Origin: Octopus bimaculoides
Lineage: Eukaryota
Assembly: GCF_001194135.2 (NCBI RefSeq)
Contig: NC_068991.1
Location: forward strand, 22,617,330 to 22,681,329
Reading direction: 5' to 3'
DNA length: 64,000 nt
Shown: positions 1-12,853 of the stretch, piece after piece
Position numbering within the stretch: the stretch's first letter is position 1
Layout: the number at the start of each line of letters is the position of its first letter
Notes under the pieces: generated by a model
What the model saw: the letters and a program-made list of their open reading frames with translations, nothing else
Told to the model about the DNA's origin: nothing
Databases searched by the model: none
Position numbers and translations under genes: made by a program

Positions 1-271
1 GGTGTATTTTGGCCAGAAATATAGTAACGAAAGGGTTAATGGATGTTGAACCAATTATGCCTCTCTCTTTCTCTCTCAGATACAGTTGCTTATTTTGAGA
101 AGTTACAGGTGGGTTATGAAACGCAGTCAATTCAAAGACAACTTATGTGGAGCTTTCTTTTTGAGACAGTAAAAAATGATTACCCTCAAACCCATGCTGA
201 TGGTTCTTGAATAAATCCTCAAATCCATATTGATGCTTGTTGAATAAGTTCATTATAATGATATACCATAT

Positions 272-483
272 TTAACCTTTTGCCTGTCCTAAACATCCAT
301 GCCTGTTTTTAGATTTTGATTTAGTCCTAGTTTCGTGCCCTCTGAGTAATAATATAAAGCTTTCTATTCATAAGTCCCAAGTTACTCTGATGGTTGAAAA
401 AAAATCGGAGTATCTGATATCTGGACGCCAGAGAAATATGTCCTATGTATCCCATGTGATACATTGGACAGGCAAAGAGCTAA
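272..483. mobile_element. piggyBac-type MITE, family 1, copy 1
   Basis: TTAA-CCTTTTGCCTGTCC at the left end and GGACAGGCAAAGAG-CTAA at the right end; internal sequence similar to 1032-1280. Confidence 0.7.
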
Positions 484-1031
484 ATATGTGCCTGTGGAGA
501 CACTTGCTATAACTGTTGTTGCTGTTATTGCTGTTTGTATATCAAGTACATTAGGATGATGCAAAACTATTGTTACAACAACTTTAGTAATCCAGGCACT
601 GCCTGAATTTACTAACCTTTTTTTTGCTGTTGTTCTCCAGTGAATCTAAGCTTCAGTTTTTGGTTGAGATTATTTTCACTTACATTACTAATATTTGTGA
701 AAGTAACCAAAAATGTTACTTTCCATTAAGTATTCATCCTTTGCCAGTTAAATAATCTTTCATCCAACCCACATCAATTTCTTTTTTGTCTTTGGTAAAC
801 CAGTTTTTCTCCATTTTTGACCTCACTAGCCTTTCTCACTTGTTTTATTGAGTATTTCAATTTTATTCATCCTATTGAGATGGCTGTCCCCACGCATTCC
901 CACAACTTTTTTTTTTCCTCTTGAACTGATCTTGGTAGCAGTGTTTCACTGGTTACTTTGTATTTCATATCATCATTATATTAATAACCCTGCAGATTTT
1001 CGGGTTGCACACAAAGGGAGATCTTGCATTG

Positions 1032-1280
1032 TTAACCCTTTCCCTATCCAAAACATTTTGATAAGTTTGTTCTAAAATGTCCATGTTTGTTTTCAGACTT
1101 TTAGTTAACCCTTGTTTCCCACATTCGGAATAATACTAAGGTTTCCTTTCACAAAGTCCCAAATTACTCTTGTTGAAAAAAAAAAAAAAAAAAAGGTAGG
1201 AATGCGTATCATTTGTGGTGCATGTATGCCAGGGAAATATGTCCTGTCACATATGATACATGGGACAGGCAAATGGTTAA
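1032..1280. mobile_element. piggyBac-type MITE, family 1, copy 2
   Basis: TTAA-CCCTTTCCCTATCC ... GGACAGGCAAATGG-TTAA; TTAA on both sides; shares GAAATATGTCCT..TGATACAT.GGACAGGCAAA with copy 1. Confidence 0.75.
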
Positions 1281-2543
1281 ATTGGCAGAGTTGAAATGGT
1301 TTCCTTATGATTTGAAAGCATTTTGTTTTCAGCTTGTAACACATTGTGTTAGTGTTTTGCTAATACTTCTTAAAATACAAATTTCAAATTCCTTGATTTG
1401 TTGTTAATTTTCATAGTTTTTGTTGTAAGCTTTCTTTGTATGTTATTTGGGGGATAAGCATGGTCCAGTACTTTATACTAGGATCAGATGTCTATGAGTT
1501 AACAGGAGAACCTCTTTGTAGCTGCTTGACCTACTAAGAATAATAGTCGAATGTCCCTTGAATCACATCTTACTGGCTTAAGCCAGGAAAGATAGTATAG
1601 TTTGAGATTAAATATGTTTGAAAAAAGAAGTAAAGGAAAAAGACAGCAAGAACTCTTATCATATAAGGTTTGCTAGATCAGAGCTGAATTGGGAGTTAAA
1701 CAGCAGCTGTGATTTTGACCAACTCAAAGCCATCTGTGGTTTTGTATATTTATTGATGATGGCTACAGTTGTGCAACTTTGTTGTCATTAAACTATGTAC
1801 TGTTATTCTTTAGGTGAATCATTACTTGAATGACGTTGGCCTTTTAAAACTGTTTGCACTAAGAGCTTACATAGGCTAACTCAATTTTCTAGAAAGGGCA
1901 CCCAAATCTTTCTAAATTACAAATACTATGTTGCAAAAGGAGGGACACATTGAATAATGGTTGTGCTAGACATACACTGCTCAAGAGAAAGACTGAGATG
2001 GTCATGACTGGAAGGCCATTAATTATAGGTCTACTCAGGATTAACATTGAACCTAACAAATAATGATGATAAAAACCATACAAATTAACTTTTAGCTGAA
2101 TATGAATTCCGTGTGAGCACTTTGTTGAGGTTTCTCTTAACTTGCAAGACTAAACTCAAATATTACTCTGGAAGTAAGCTGGCTAATTAATTCTTGATTA
2201 AAGTCTTATGTAAAAGGTTATGAATATTCACCATCACTCAATTCTTATGTCTTGTATGTTTACATGTTATTTGAAGATGATTGAAGCACAAAAATATGTA
2301 GTCTGAACAAAACGCATATGACTCTAGACTTCTAGAATTTGGATAACATTTTGATTCTGGTGTTTTCTATTAATATGATTGTTATTAGCATCCAGTCTAT
2401 AAATAAAATGAAAACCTTTGATATACGATTAGGTGAATGTCTCCAGGTTGAGTTGACATTTTCGTTTTTACCTCAATTGAAATGGTAGAGAAGTCCAAAG
2501 CTGAAGTTAACATTGTATTGTATAAAGTTAACAGTGTGCATGA

Positions 2544-2579
<36 letters not shown>

Positions 2580-4104
2580 CAGAGGTGATGGTGAACATTT
2601 AAACTGTCGTTGTTATATTTATAGATATGTGTGTAGAGTGTTACCTCTGTGCAGGCACTTGCCTATGTGCATGTCTTTAAATTGAGATGTGAATGTATTT
2701 GTAAGTTATTATATGTATGAGAGTCTAAATAGTTAAGTGTATATGTGTAACTGTAAAGATGATTACCTGTATGTGTGTGTGAGTGTATTTGTAAGTTGTT
2801 ACATTGTGTGTCTGTGTATCTGTAGGTTGTTACAGTGTGTGAGTGTGTCTGTGTAGATGGCTAGCTGTGTGTATGCATAACTGTATAGATTATCTTTGTC
2901 TTGGTGTGTGCGTGTGAAGAGAGAGAGAGAGACTGCTATTTTATAATTTTAAACTCAAGGAAATTAAAAATCCTATCTATTAATTAAGCTGTTGAGGAAT
3001 TTCTAAGATATTTATTATAAAAAGGTTGAATATTACATTCCAAGAATTATGGAAATAATAGTTTCTCATCAATCTCTTAATCTGTTTACACCCTTCTAGG
3101 GTTATCATAGCATGATGGGTGTGTATTTGCTGATTTTGTAATGATACCTTAAATTGCTTTGAGGCTTCAAGCCCAATAGGAATCTTACCTTATCTATCTT
3201 CATAATGTAATTATGGTAGTGAAATAGAATCTCACTATACTTAGGTGAAGTATTATGGCACTTTTAATGTCTTAATGCATAAATATTTATGTACATGTTA
3301 AATAGAAAGTGACTCTGAACAAGGATTTCATGAGGACTGTAGAGGACTCTTGTATCACATAGAGCACAGAAAATTTGTACAGACTTTTTCTCTATTTAAA
3401 TTACATTAGAGATTATAAACACTAGTATGCAACAAAACCAGAGCACCTGGCATGCTTATGGAACAGGAACCCCCATTTATTATCGGTTACACCACAAAGT
3501 GTCTGCCACTCAAATTAGGCAGTATATGTTGTTTCCACTTCTATCAGTTTAATTGTACTATTAAGCTACTTAATACTTTACTATGAAGACGCAGGGTGTT
3601 TGGTTTACGATCATAAAATCCACATTCAATTCCTGAACCACACAGCATACAATGTCCTTGAGCAAGACACTTCATTTTATGTTATGCCAGTCTACTCAAA
3701 TAGCCAAGTAGTGGTACAGTCCTCTCAGCCTCCTGCTGTAACATCCTGGTTGTTTCACAATGTTAAAGGTGAGAGCACTGAGAAGCCAGCTGTGTCTACT
3801 CATGCTTATCAAATTAAATGAAAATATGATTCATATCATTTGGCTATACTTACTTGCAAGTTTCTGTCTTTTGTACTTTATTGTATTGCTAGTACTGTTG
3901 AAATGATACTAAATTTGAAAGGGGAGTTTTTAGCTGCTCTAGTGTTATTAACTATGTAGTCATTCACCTAGTAAATGATGAATATGTGTTTCAAATCCCT
4001 TCACTAGGCCTATTGCCTCATTCCAGTTTCAATATAATTTATGTAGAATATTTTTCAGAAGTTTGCAGGGATTGTAATCTTATACTGATGCTTCTTTGAT
4101 GCTT

Positions 4105-4332
4105 TTGACCCTCAGCATTTATATTACTCTGTCAAACATAATGCTTATTTATTCACATTGTTTTGAATTAATCATGCATCAGAATCATAACTTTGAGATT
4201 TTGATGACATGATTGTTTAATTTTAGAATGACTTTGTAAAGTCGGTGTGAGAGGCCAGATCTGGTTGGTTTGAAGATAAAACAGATAGAATATTTGGGCC
4301 AGATATGGCCAGTTTAAATGCTAAAGAGATAA
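4105..4332 (-). mobile_element. piggyBac-type MITE, family 2 (reverse orientation)
   Basis: Reverse complement of the 11034-11261 element, with degenerate CCCTCAGCATT / AATGCTAAAGAG termini. Confidence 0.7.
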
Positions 4333-5245
4333 GACAAATGTTAATGGGAGATGGTTTTCTGTAAACAAATTTCGATAGCTAATTGCTTGCTGTCTATAAA
4401 CCATCTGTTTTGTATTAGGCATATAAACTAATGATGATGATTATATTTGTCATAGGTCCGCCCTATAATCAGTGACATACCACCCATATTACTAATTATA
4501 CCATCCTGACTTTTTCACATATTGTTTATTTGGGACTGCATTAACCACTGTGTCTTACCATTCTTTTTTTAAAAGATGTTTGGATGTGAGTTGAGAGATA
4601 TTTTATTGTTATTTGTAGTAAGTTAAAAGACTATGTAGAACTTCCTTGTTGATTGTAGGCTCTTAAGCTTATAGAAAAAGGGAAAATAATGACTGTGACA
4701 TTCAAAACTTAAGAATCTTATGAACTTTAAGTGAAATGTAATGATTGCTAACATAAAAATAAAGCCAAGAGGCATGCTTGCATTGTCAGAAGTTCATTTT
4801 CTGCTTTGCATCACTAAATAATTTTATATGTTAACAAATATTGCTTTCATTTGGGTATGATTGTTAAAATATGATAAATATTATTGTCACTATGAACCAC
4901 TGGTGCTTCTCTGTCTTTAGCTATAAAGAGACAAAAGATGAAACTTGCTTTGGAAAGTCTCTTAAAGGCAATTTTCCCAGATGACCTGGCATGAATTCCT
5001 CTCAACCCATTGCACTGAGATGCATTCATGTTTTTTGCAGAGTACAATCTGTTGCAAGAATTCAGGCTAGGTCCCTGCTGTGAAGGTAATTTCTTCCCTC
5101 ACTCCACTACAACTGTTGAGGGTGTATGAAAAGGGTTGCAAGTGATCCTTTCTTCCTCTGACTTAACTGTTAAAAAAATATAAACACAAAACTCCTGAAC
5201 TACCTGCTGATACCTTAGCTACTCAACTGTTTTCACAACAACTGT

Positions 5246-5295
<50 letters not shown>

Positions 5296-5779
5296 ATTAT
5301 CATCATCATTTAATACCTTTTTTTCCATACTGGCATGGGTCCAATGGTGTGAACGGATACAAGCCAAAAGACTGTGTCGTGCTCCATTGTCTGTTTTTGC
5401 ATAATTTTTATGGCTGGATGCTTTTTCTAATGCCAACCACTTTACACAGTGTACTGGGTGAGTATTTTTTTTTTCATGACATCAGCATTAATGAGGTTAC
5501 CAAATAACTTACATGACAAAGAAATTACTCTTTAACTGTGTGGAGTTGCATTAGAGAGAGGTGTAGCTTTATACCAAGTGTTGATAGGCTAAAGTACACA
5601 CACACACACACACACATGCATTAATATTTATGTACACATACATTACAAATATACATGCACACATGTATATACACACATACAAACATACATATGCACACAC
5701 ATATGCACACATGTATGTGTGTGTATATATGTATCTGAATGTATGTATGTGTTCGTGTCTATGTGTGTTTATATGCTCA

Positions 5780-6910
5780 ATAACATTCCAAATTTGTACT
5801 CAGTATGTTATTGTCACCTTCACATTTGTGCCAATTATTGAAAACATTATTGCAAGTAATCAAGTTTACCATCAATTATGCATAGTCTTTTGCACTTCAG
5901 TGCAATTGTCGAACTTTTCATGTTGTTCCATGCACAGCAGTTTGAAGCAGCTCAGTTACTATATCAGTTCTTTAATGCACTGTTTGCACTCAAAACACTC
6001 CTGCATTCTGCAAATCTTGTTTCTTCAGAAATTTAAGATGCAGCTTTGTTAATCTTTGATCAGCTATTTTGGGTTTTCTCCTGCGTGCTTTTCTTCTGAC
6101 AACACCTTTATAAAAAGTTTTAGGTTTCATGTACTGGGCCTTTGCTTGGATGTTTGTCCTTGTTATTTTTGTAATTATTTAGAAGCTCCGTGTTTTGTGT
6201 GTTTTTAGCTTCACCTTGAGTATCTGTTCTTTGTGTAGTACTTTGTAAATCTCTATATTTCATTTTTTGGGCTGGCTTCATTATGTTTTGTTTCATATGT
6301 TGCAGCACTTTTTATTAAGCTATACCTTTCATGTACTGGACTGTAGCCAATGTTGTTCTTCATGTAGCATTTAATAAAGCTATAAATTTAAACTATTAAC
6401 CCTCAGTTTTATTTATTTGTCCATGCCATAACACTTTATAATCTATAAGTATTATGTGTTAGGCTTCAGCTTTGATTTCTTTTCTTCCTTTTTTTTTTTT
6501 TTTTATTAATTCATGGGATACATTAGAAAAGCATCCAGAAAAAAAAATATATATACGATCATCTTTTTAATTGATATAGTTTGAGGCAATATAAATATCC
6601 CACAATGAGTTATGTCACAAGAAAATTTACATCAGCTTCTTTTGAATTCACTCTGTAAATGTTTATCCAAAATTTTTGCAAGGTGATCTATTGAAAATGT
6701 ATCCCTTTTGTACGAGCTGCTGTTTCTGTTGTGCTTTTTAATCTTTCAGCGATTACTCTGACACTGAAAGTACACTCTTTCTTAACTCTTTTCTGTTGGT
6801 ATCATTTGATGAGTGTCTTTTGAAACTTTCTTTCATGAGTTATTAATTCAAAACTCATTCTTGGATGAATTTGCAGGCGAAATTCCGTAGAAATTCAAGA
6901 TCACGTAATG
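5780..6910 (-). pseudogene. Possible highly decayed piggyBac-like transposase C-terminus
   Basis: Broken minus-strand peptides DLEFLRNFACKFIQE and a Cys-rich CCAWNNMKSSTIALKCKRLCIIDGK...CF resemble the piggyBac LxFRxxLAxxLI motif and Cys-rich domain. Many stops; interpretation is by eye only. Confidence 0.3.
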
Positions 6911-6989
6911 TATTGGTAAATAATTTACAATTCTAAACATTTTTGCTATTTTTTTTTTTTAAATTGTAATAGTCGTTTCAAATACTATA

Positions 6990-7118
6990 TATATCTGTAT
7001 ATGTATGTATGCATATGTATGTGCCTATGTGCATATATTTGTGTATGTATATATATGCATCTATATATATATATATATATATACACACAAACATATACAC
7101 ACACACACACATATGTAT

Positions 7119-7187
<69 letters not shown>

Positions 7188-7240
7188 AATACACACACAC
7201 ACACACATGTATGTATACATGTTATATATATTCTTTGAAG
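6990..7240. repeat. Compound (TA)n/(CA)n/(GTAT)n microsatellite; similar tracts at 5248-5292, 30690-31125, 39160-39640, 49880-49966 and 63430-63600
   Basis: Visible directly; explains the YIYI/CVCV/HTHT ORFs. Confidence 0.95.
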
Positions 7241-8114
7241 GCATAAACAATTTGTGTAACTAATCGAAATAGCCATCAACTCCCATACTTCCATCACGCC
7301 TACTTAATAATATTTGCATGAAGGCTTTTCAATATTTTTCCTTGGTCTGTTTCAATATTTTAATGCTGAGCTGTGCACCTCAAAGGCAAGGCAGTATTTT
7401 TGGTTAATCAGCTTTTGTGATTTTATTATTGTATCTCAGCTACTATTTATGTAAGCTGCATGCACCAACACGCTCCTGTTTTATAGCCTTGCTACCGTCA
7501 TTAGTCATGTCTCTCTAACATGATTAGAAATTTCCAACAATAAGGTAACCATTTGCAAGCACATGCATTTCATTACTAACCACTAAGAAAAATGTTTTCC
7601 AGTAGAAGCCACAGTTTATGAATCGTCTTAACTAAGTTGGCTTTGCTAATTCTTATGTTGTTAATGAAAAACAATTTGTGAATTACTGTTGTCATTTGTT
7701 TTTGTTTAATTTACTGACACTGATATTTTTGCAAAATTATCAATTTTTTAAAATTACTAATCCAAGTGTAAATATATAGAATAAGAATGCATATGAACAG
7801 AGAGGAACAAGGTTGAAATTAATTGTGAGAGCTGCCAATGCATGTAGCTCTGACTGCTGATTCCTGTTTGTTTATATACATACTTATTGAGGAGCATAAT
7901 TTTTTTATGTAAACTGATCTCAAATTTTATTAAACACAGTAATTTTTTTTTTTTTTTTTTTTGTTCATTATCAAAAACAAGTTTCTACATTTTTGAAGTA
8001 TTAGTTTAGATATTCTATTCTTCATTTCAATGTCTTCATCATTTCAGTGTCTCCACGTGTTTTATGATTACATATCACCGTATATTGCATTAATCAATGT
8101 AGTTAATGTATGTG

Positions 8115-8426
8115 NNNNNNNNNNNNNNNNNNNNNNNNNNNNNNNNNNNNNNNNNNNNNNNNNNNNNNNNNNNNNNNNNNNNNNNNNNNNNNNNNNNNNN
8201 NNNNNNNNNNNNNNNNNNNNNNNNNNNNNNNNNNNNNNNNNNNNNNNNNNNNNNNNNNNNNNNNNNNNNNNNNNNNNNNNNNNNNNNNNNNNNNNNNNNN
8301 NNNNNNNNNNNNNNNNNNNNNNNNNNNNNNNNNNNNNNNNNNNNNNNNNNNNNNNNNNNNNNNNNNNNNNNNNNNNNNNNNNNNNNNNNNNNNNNNNNNN
8401 NNNNNNNNNNNNNNNNNNNNNNNNNN
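8115..8426. other. Assembly gap; others at 26535-27125, 30777-31080, 36814-36823, 37304-37313, 39405-39414, 44146-44315, 48625-49183, 49967-50073 and 62269-62406
   Basis: Runs of N, mostly abutting microsatellites. Confidence 0.99.
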
Positions 8427-8463
<37 letters not shown>

Positions 8464-8467
8464 CATA

Positions 8468-9362
8468 CAAGGTGCAGCAAAATGATCTGACACATTTGTA
8501 GGCTTAGTAAAAGTGAAATAGAGAAAAGAATGAAAAATGTGTTTTTATTTTTGAAATGTACATATAATGCCATTTTGTTTTATTTGGTTTTAGAAATTAA
8601 ATCAGTCAGGTGGATGCTGTTACTGTCCACATACTGTCGAAGGCGTTCACAAAAGTTGTCCATAACCTGACAGGCAATTTCATGTGGAATGGCAGCAATT
8701 TCTTTATGAATTGTATCTTAATTGTTCAATAGATTGAGGGCAATAAGTGTATACCTCTGATTTCAGGTATCCCCACGGAAAAAAATTGCATGAGTTCAAA
8801 TCAGGTGGGCAAACCAATGTCACCGCTCAATGAGATCAAATGACCAGGGAACATTTCCCTCAAAATTCCCACTGCACTTTGAGAAGTGTGGGCTCTTGCC
8901 CCATCCTGCTGAAACCAAACATTGTCCCTATCATCAAGTTCATTCAATTTGGGTTTCAGAAAAGTCTCTAGCATCACACAATATCAATCGGAGTTTACAG
9001 TCACTGTAACATTGTCTTCTTCCAAGATGTACAGACCCCAAAATGCCAAATTCTGCTGCTGTACAATTTCGAGTAGGTACAGGATCATGTCTACCAAGCC
9101 TGAAGTGCACATTGAACACTCTTCGTGTTGCAGTTATGGATTTGTTGTTCTTGATAAACATTTCCACAATGAAAGTGTGATGCTCAACCATTCAGTTCAT
9201 GTTGGCAACTGAAAATGAATTGAAACAGAATGTCACAAATGGCACCAATTGAAACAAAATAGCATTATATGTACATTTCGAAAATAAAAATACATGTTTC
9301 ATTCTTTTCTCTATTTCACTTTTATTAAACCTACAGATGTGTCAAAGAATTTTAGTCACCTG
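8468..9362 (-). mobile_element. Internally deleted Tc1/mariner element with ~115-bp TIRs
   Basis: Left TIR (8468-~8585) matches the reverse complement of ~9245-9362; TA on the left. Minus-strand peptides MVEHHTFIVEMFIKNNKSI (N-terminal HTH), VWFQQDGARAHT and PDLNSCNFFPWGYLKSEVY. Confidence 0.92.
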
Positions 9363-11033
9363 TGTGTGTGTGTGTATGCAGAACTGTTACAGAATTTGTT
9401 TATAAAGATGTTGCTTGATTTTCAATTTTGAATACTTTACCTGACTAGAAATAGGTTTTTAAAAAATGTGTTTTAATTTGTGTATGAGTGTTTAATCAAG
9501 TTGAAATTTTATTAACTAAGGAATGATTAGTTTCTTTTATGGGATGTCCAAGAATGATAGTCAAAAAACTTAAGTAACTAAGGGATTTTCTGTCAATGAT
9601 GAGTTAGTCTCAGTATACACAGATGCTGTTTGAATAGAGAGTATAATTTTTTTAAAAAAGGAGAGTAGAGCAGTTGGATGTATTTAGATTTAGAGAATAA
9701 CACCCTCACCTACCTACTTGAAGTTGACGAGCATGTTGCTCTCATTCAGAATGAGATAATTAGCTGCAGTTGTTTGGGTGCTGACTATTTGGCATGGCTG
9801 ACTGGTCATCCGACCTGTTTTGGTACAGTACATTTTGACATTAAAGGCAAACATGCACATGCACACAAAGAAATATACACATTCCGGTAGAAACTGAGAG
9901 GTGGGGAAGAACAAGAGAAACATTAAAACATCTGATGTCAAATAAGTTGGTATTGAATCGATGATACCAAATAGGCAGCACCATAATGGCTGTGCCAGAA
10001 TGTCTCATATTCATTCTGAAAAGCTACATACTATCAAACAGTGACTCTGGGAGTATTTTCTTGCCCTTTATGGAACACTGGTGATGGTGTTACGTAAAAA
10101 GCACCCAGTAAACTCAATAAAGCGGTTGGCTTTAGGAGGGACATCCTGCTGTAGAAACCAAGTCAAAACAGACTATAGAATCTGGTGCAGACCCTGGCCC
10201 TGTTAGCTCCTGTCAAGCTGTCCAACCCATGCCAGCATGGAAAATGGACGTTAAAGGATGATATTTCATGCTAGCTTAGCTATATGGTCTTTGTGGAAAG
10301 TAGTGTTTTTTTTTATACATACACTGCATGATTTCCTTACACTCTCATTCTTTGCAGTGAACTTGATGTAATTCTGGGCAGTTTTTTTCCCCAACCATCT
10401 TTAACATTGGTGATCGATACCTGGTTTTTATCTGTTTACATAGAATTGTTTGAATGCTCTGAATTATCCTCCTAGCCACTGTCTATGTAGAGAAAGTATG
10501 ATATGATGAAGAAGCAAAACTCTTCCTTCATATTAAATGTCTAAATGTCTGAAATACATTTTTGCTATCCTACACCGTGTTTCGATTGGATGTTAAACCA
10601 GTTGAAACACAGATGTAAATATTGAAAACATATTTCATTTCTAAAAATGCCCTTAATAATTTGGAAAATTATAATTGTATTTCATCATAGATTTCTTTAA
10701 ATATCCTTTTACGAAAAAGATTTTCATCAAATTCCTTATAGTGTAGAACTAACATAGCTTCTGCTGTTGAAGCTTTACTAAAGTGCCAGCACATATATTA
10801 CACCAGCTTGTTCCTGAGCTCACAGTGTGTTGATAGTGAAAGGCTTTGTGCAGCTGCAATGTGAATGCACCTTTCTTTGTATGCACCTTCATATAGACGA
10901 TTTAGAGGGGAAGAGGAGAAATTAACCCCAATATTTGACTGGCATTTTATTATCAACTCTGAAAGAACGAAAGGCACATTTGGCCTTGGTAAAATTATAA
11001 TTCAGAACAAATATCACAAGGTATTCTGATACC

Positions 11034-11261
11034 TTAACCCTTTAGCATTTAAATTAGTCATATCCAGCCCAAATATTCTACTTGTTTTATGTTCAAATTG
11101 ACCAGATCCAGCCTCTCGCATCTAGCTTAGAATGTAATTTTAAAAATAACAATCACATTTTCAAAATCTTGAAGCTACAAGATAATGGATAATTAATTTT
11201 GAAAAATGTGGATAAGCAAGCATTATATTTTGATAGATTAAACTGAATGCTAAAGGATTAA
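11034..11261 (+). mobile_element. piggyBac-type MITE, family 2
   Basis: TTAA-CCCTTTAGCATT ... AATGCTAAAGGA-TTAA: terminal inverted repeats with TTAA target duplication. Confidence 0.85.
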
Positions 11262-11584
11262 CAATTCTGCTAGTTTGCCATCTTCTGCATTACTGAAGAT
11301 AGGCAAGAGGGGGAGGAGTAAATAGTCCACAAATTGTAGGGATTTCAGATAAGTTTAGATTTTGATAAAAAAAAAAATCAAGATATATTAACTACATTTG
11401 ACTGACCATCATTTCATGATCGGCACTATTGCATCAGCAATACCTCGGTCTATTCGTTTAATTCCTGGCCATATTCTTGACAATAACTTCTGTTATTTCC
11501 TTTCAGGACTTCGTTAAAGCTGCATTTAAGCCTTTGTGGGGGAATAATTTGTTTTTTTTTTTTAGTTTTACTATAGTAATATGT

Positions 11585-11880
11585 GGAGGCCCATGGCCTA
11601 GTGTTTAAGGTGTGTCACTCATGATTGCAAGAATGCTGTTTTGATTCCCAGATTGGCAGTGCATTATTGTTTTTGAGCTAAACACTTTCATTTCATGTTA
11701 CTCTAGTCCATTCAGATGTAAATGGGTAACCCTATGAGAGACTGGCCTCTCATTCAGAGGCAATGTTGGCCAGCCCATCTCACCAGCAGGGTGGCATCAT
11801 TCAAAAGTTACAGTAATGCAAGGAAGCACATTGTGAATATCAGTGTGCAACAACATCCGATAATCTAGTTGATACAATAA
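11585..11880 (+). mobile_element. tRNA-derived SINE family B
   Basis: Head GGAGGCCCATGGCCTAGTG with B-box-like TTTTGATTCCC. Similar copies at 46221-46535 (+), 31480-31715 (-) and a decayed copy near 3595-3720. Confidence 0.8.
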
Positions 11881-12640
11881 ATATAGGAATATGAAGTAGA
11901 CATTGTTTCTTTTATCATTGTTACAATGGCTTCTTTTTAAAGCTAGTTGATTTCATGCCACCTCCATTTAGTCCTACCTGATCACTTTCTTCTCTTCCTG
12001 TCATAATCCATATTGTGTCCAACATCACCTCTGTGCTTTGCACTAACCACTAGTTTTTCCCCTGTCCTAAAATATCAGTTTCCTTGGACTCTCGCAATAC
12101 TCCATCCCAGCTGAAATTGTTCAAGGAGAATATTAACTGCACTAATTTCACTTCTGATGGAGGACCTTCTGATGGAAAACCATCAAATCATACAAAAAGA
12201 AAAAAAAATGCTTCAACTGTCTTCACTCCTTCGACATTTTCCAAATACCATCTTCCATGGGTTGATAAAATAATGTTGTAGTCAGGACTTGCAGCCACTA
12301 TGAAACAACTATAACCTCCCTCTAAATTTGAAACCTTGTAGTTCTGTTAGAAGTAGTACTGTTTGACAGATTTGGACAACAATGATAATGCACAAAGTAT
12401 ACATAAGAAGGTTGATTTACATTGAATATGTTGGAACCTCAAATTTCAAGCATCTTGTGAGAAATCAACTTATCCATTCAACATTCTAAGGTTAACTGAA
12501 TCAGACAGTATTTGTTGTTGACATTGCAGCACTCAGCAACAAATTAGTTCTATTCTAGTTAGCACTGTTTAAGCAGACATTTAGTAGGGAGGTAGTTGAT
12601 TAGGCATTTGAAAATAGCATTCCACAGGTTATATTGAATT

Positions 12641-12853
12641 TTAAATGTATAGCATTTAAACCAGCTCAAATATTCTAGTGTTTTATGTTTATTCTGACCA
12701 GTTCCAGTCTCTTGCACCTATCATACAATGTCATTCGAAAAATAAACACATCAATGAAATCATGACGATATGAGATAATGCATGATTAATTCAGAACAAT
12801 GTGAATAGATAAGCGTTAAATTTGACAAAGAAATCTGAATACTAAAAGGTTAA
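12641..12853 (+). mobile_element. piggyBac-type MITE, family 2
   Basis: Collinear similarity to 11034-11261; ends AATACTAAAAGG-TTAA. Confidence 0.75.

Noticed and set aside
10503-10557. C-box (ATGATGA) and D-box (CTGA) with a short terminal stem
   Set aside because: Too short for a typical C/D snoRNA and no recognisable guide sequence.
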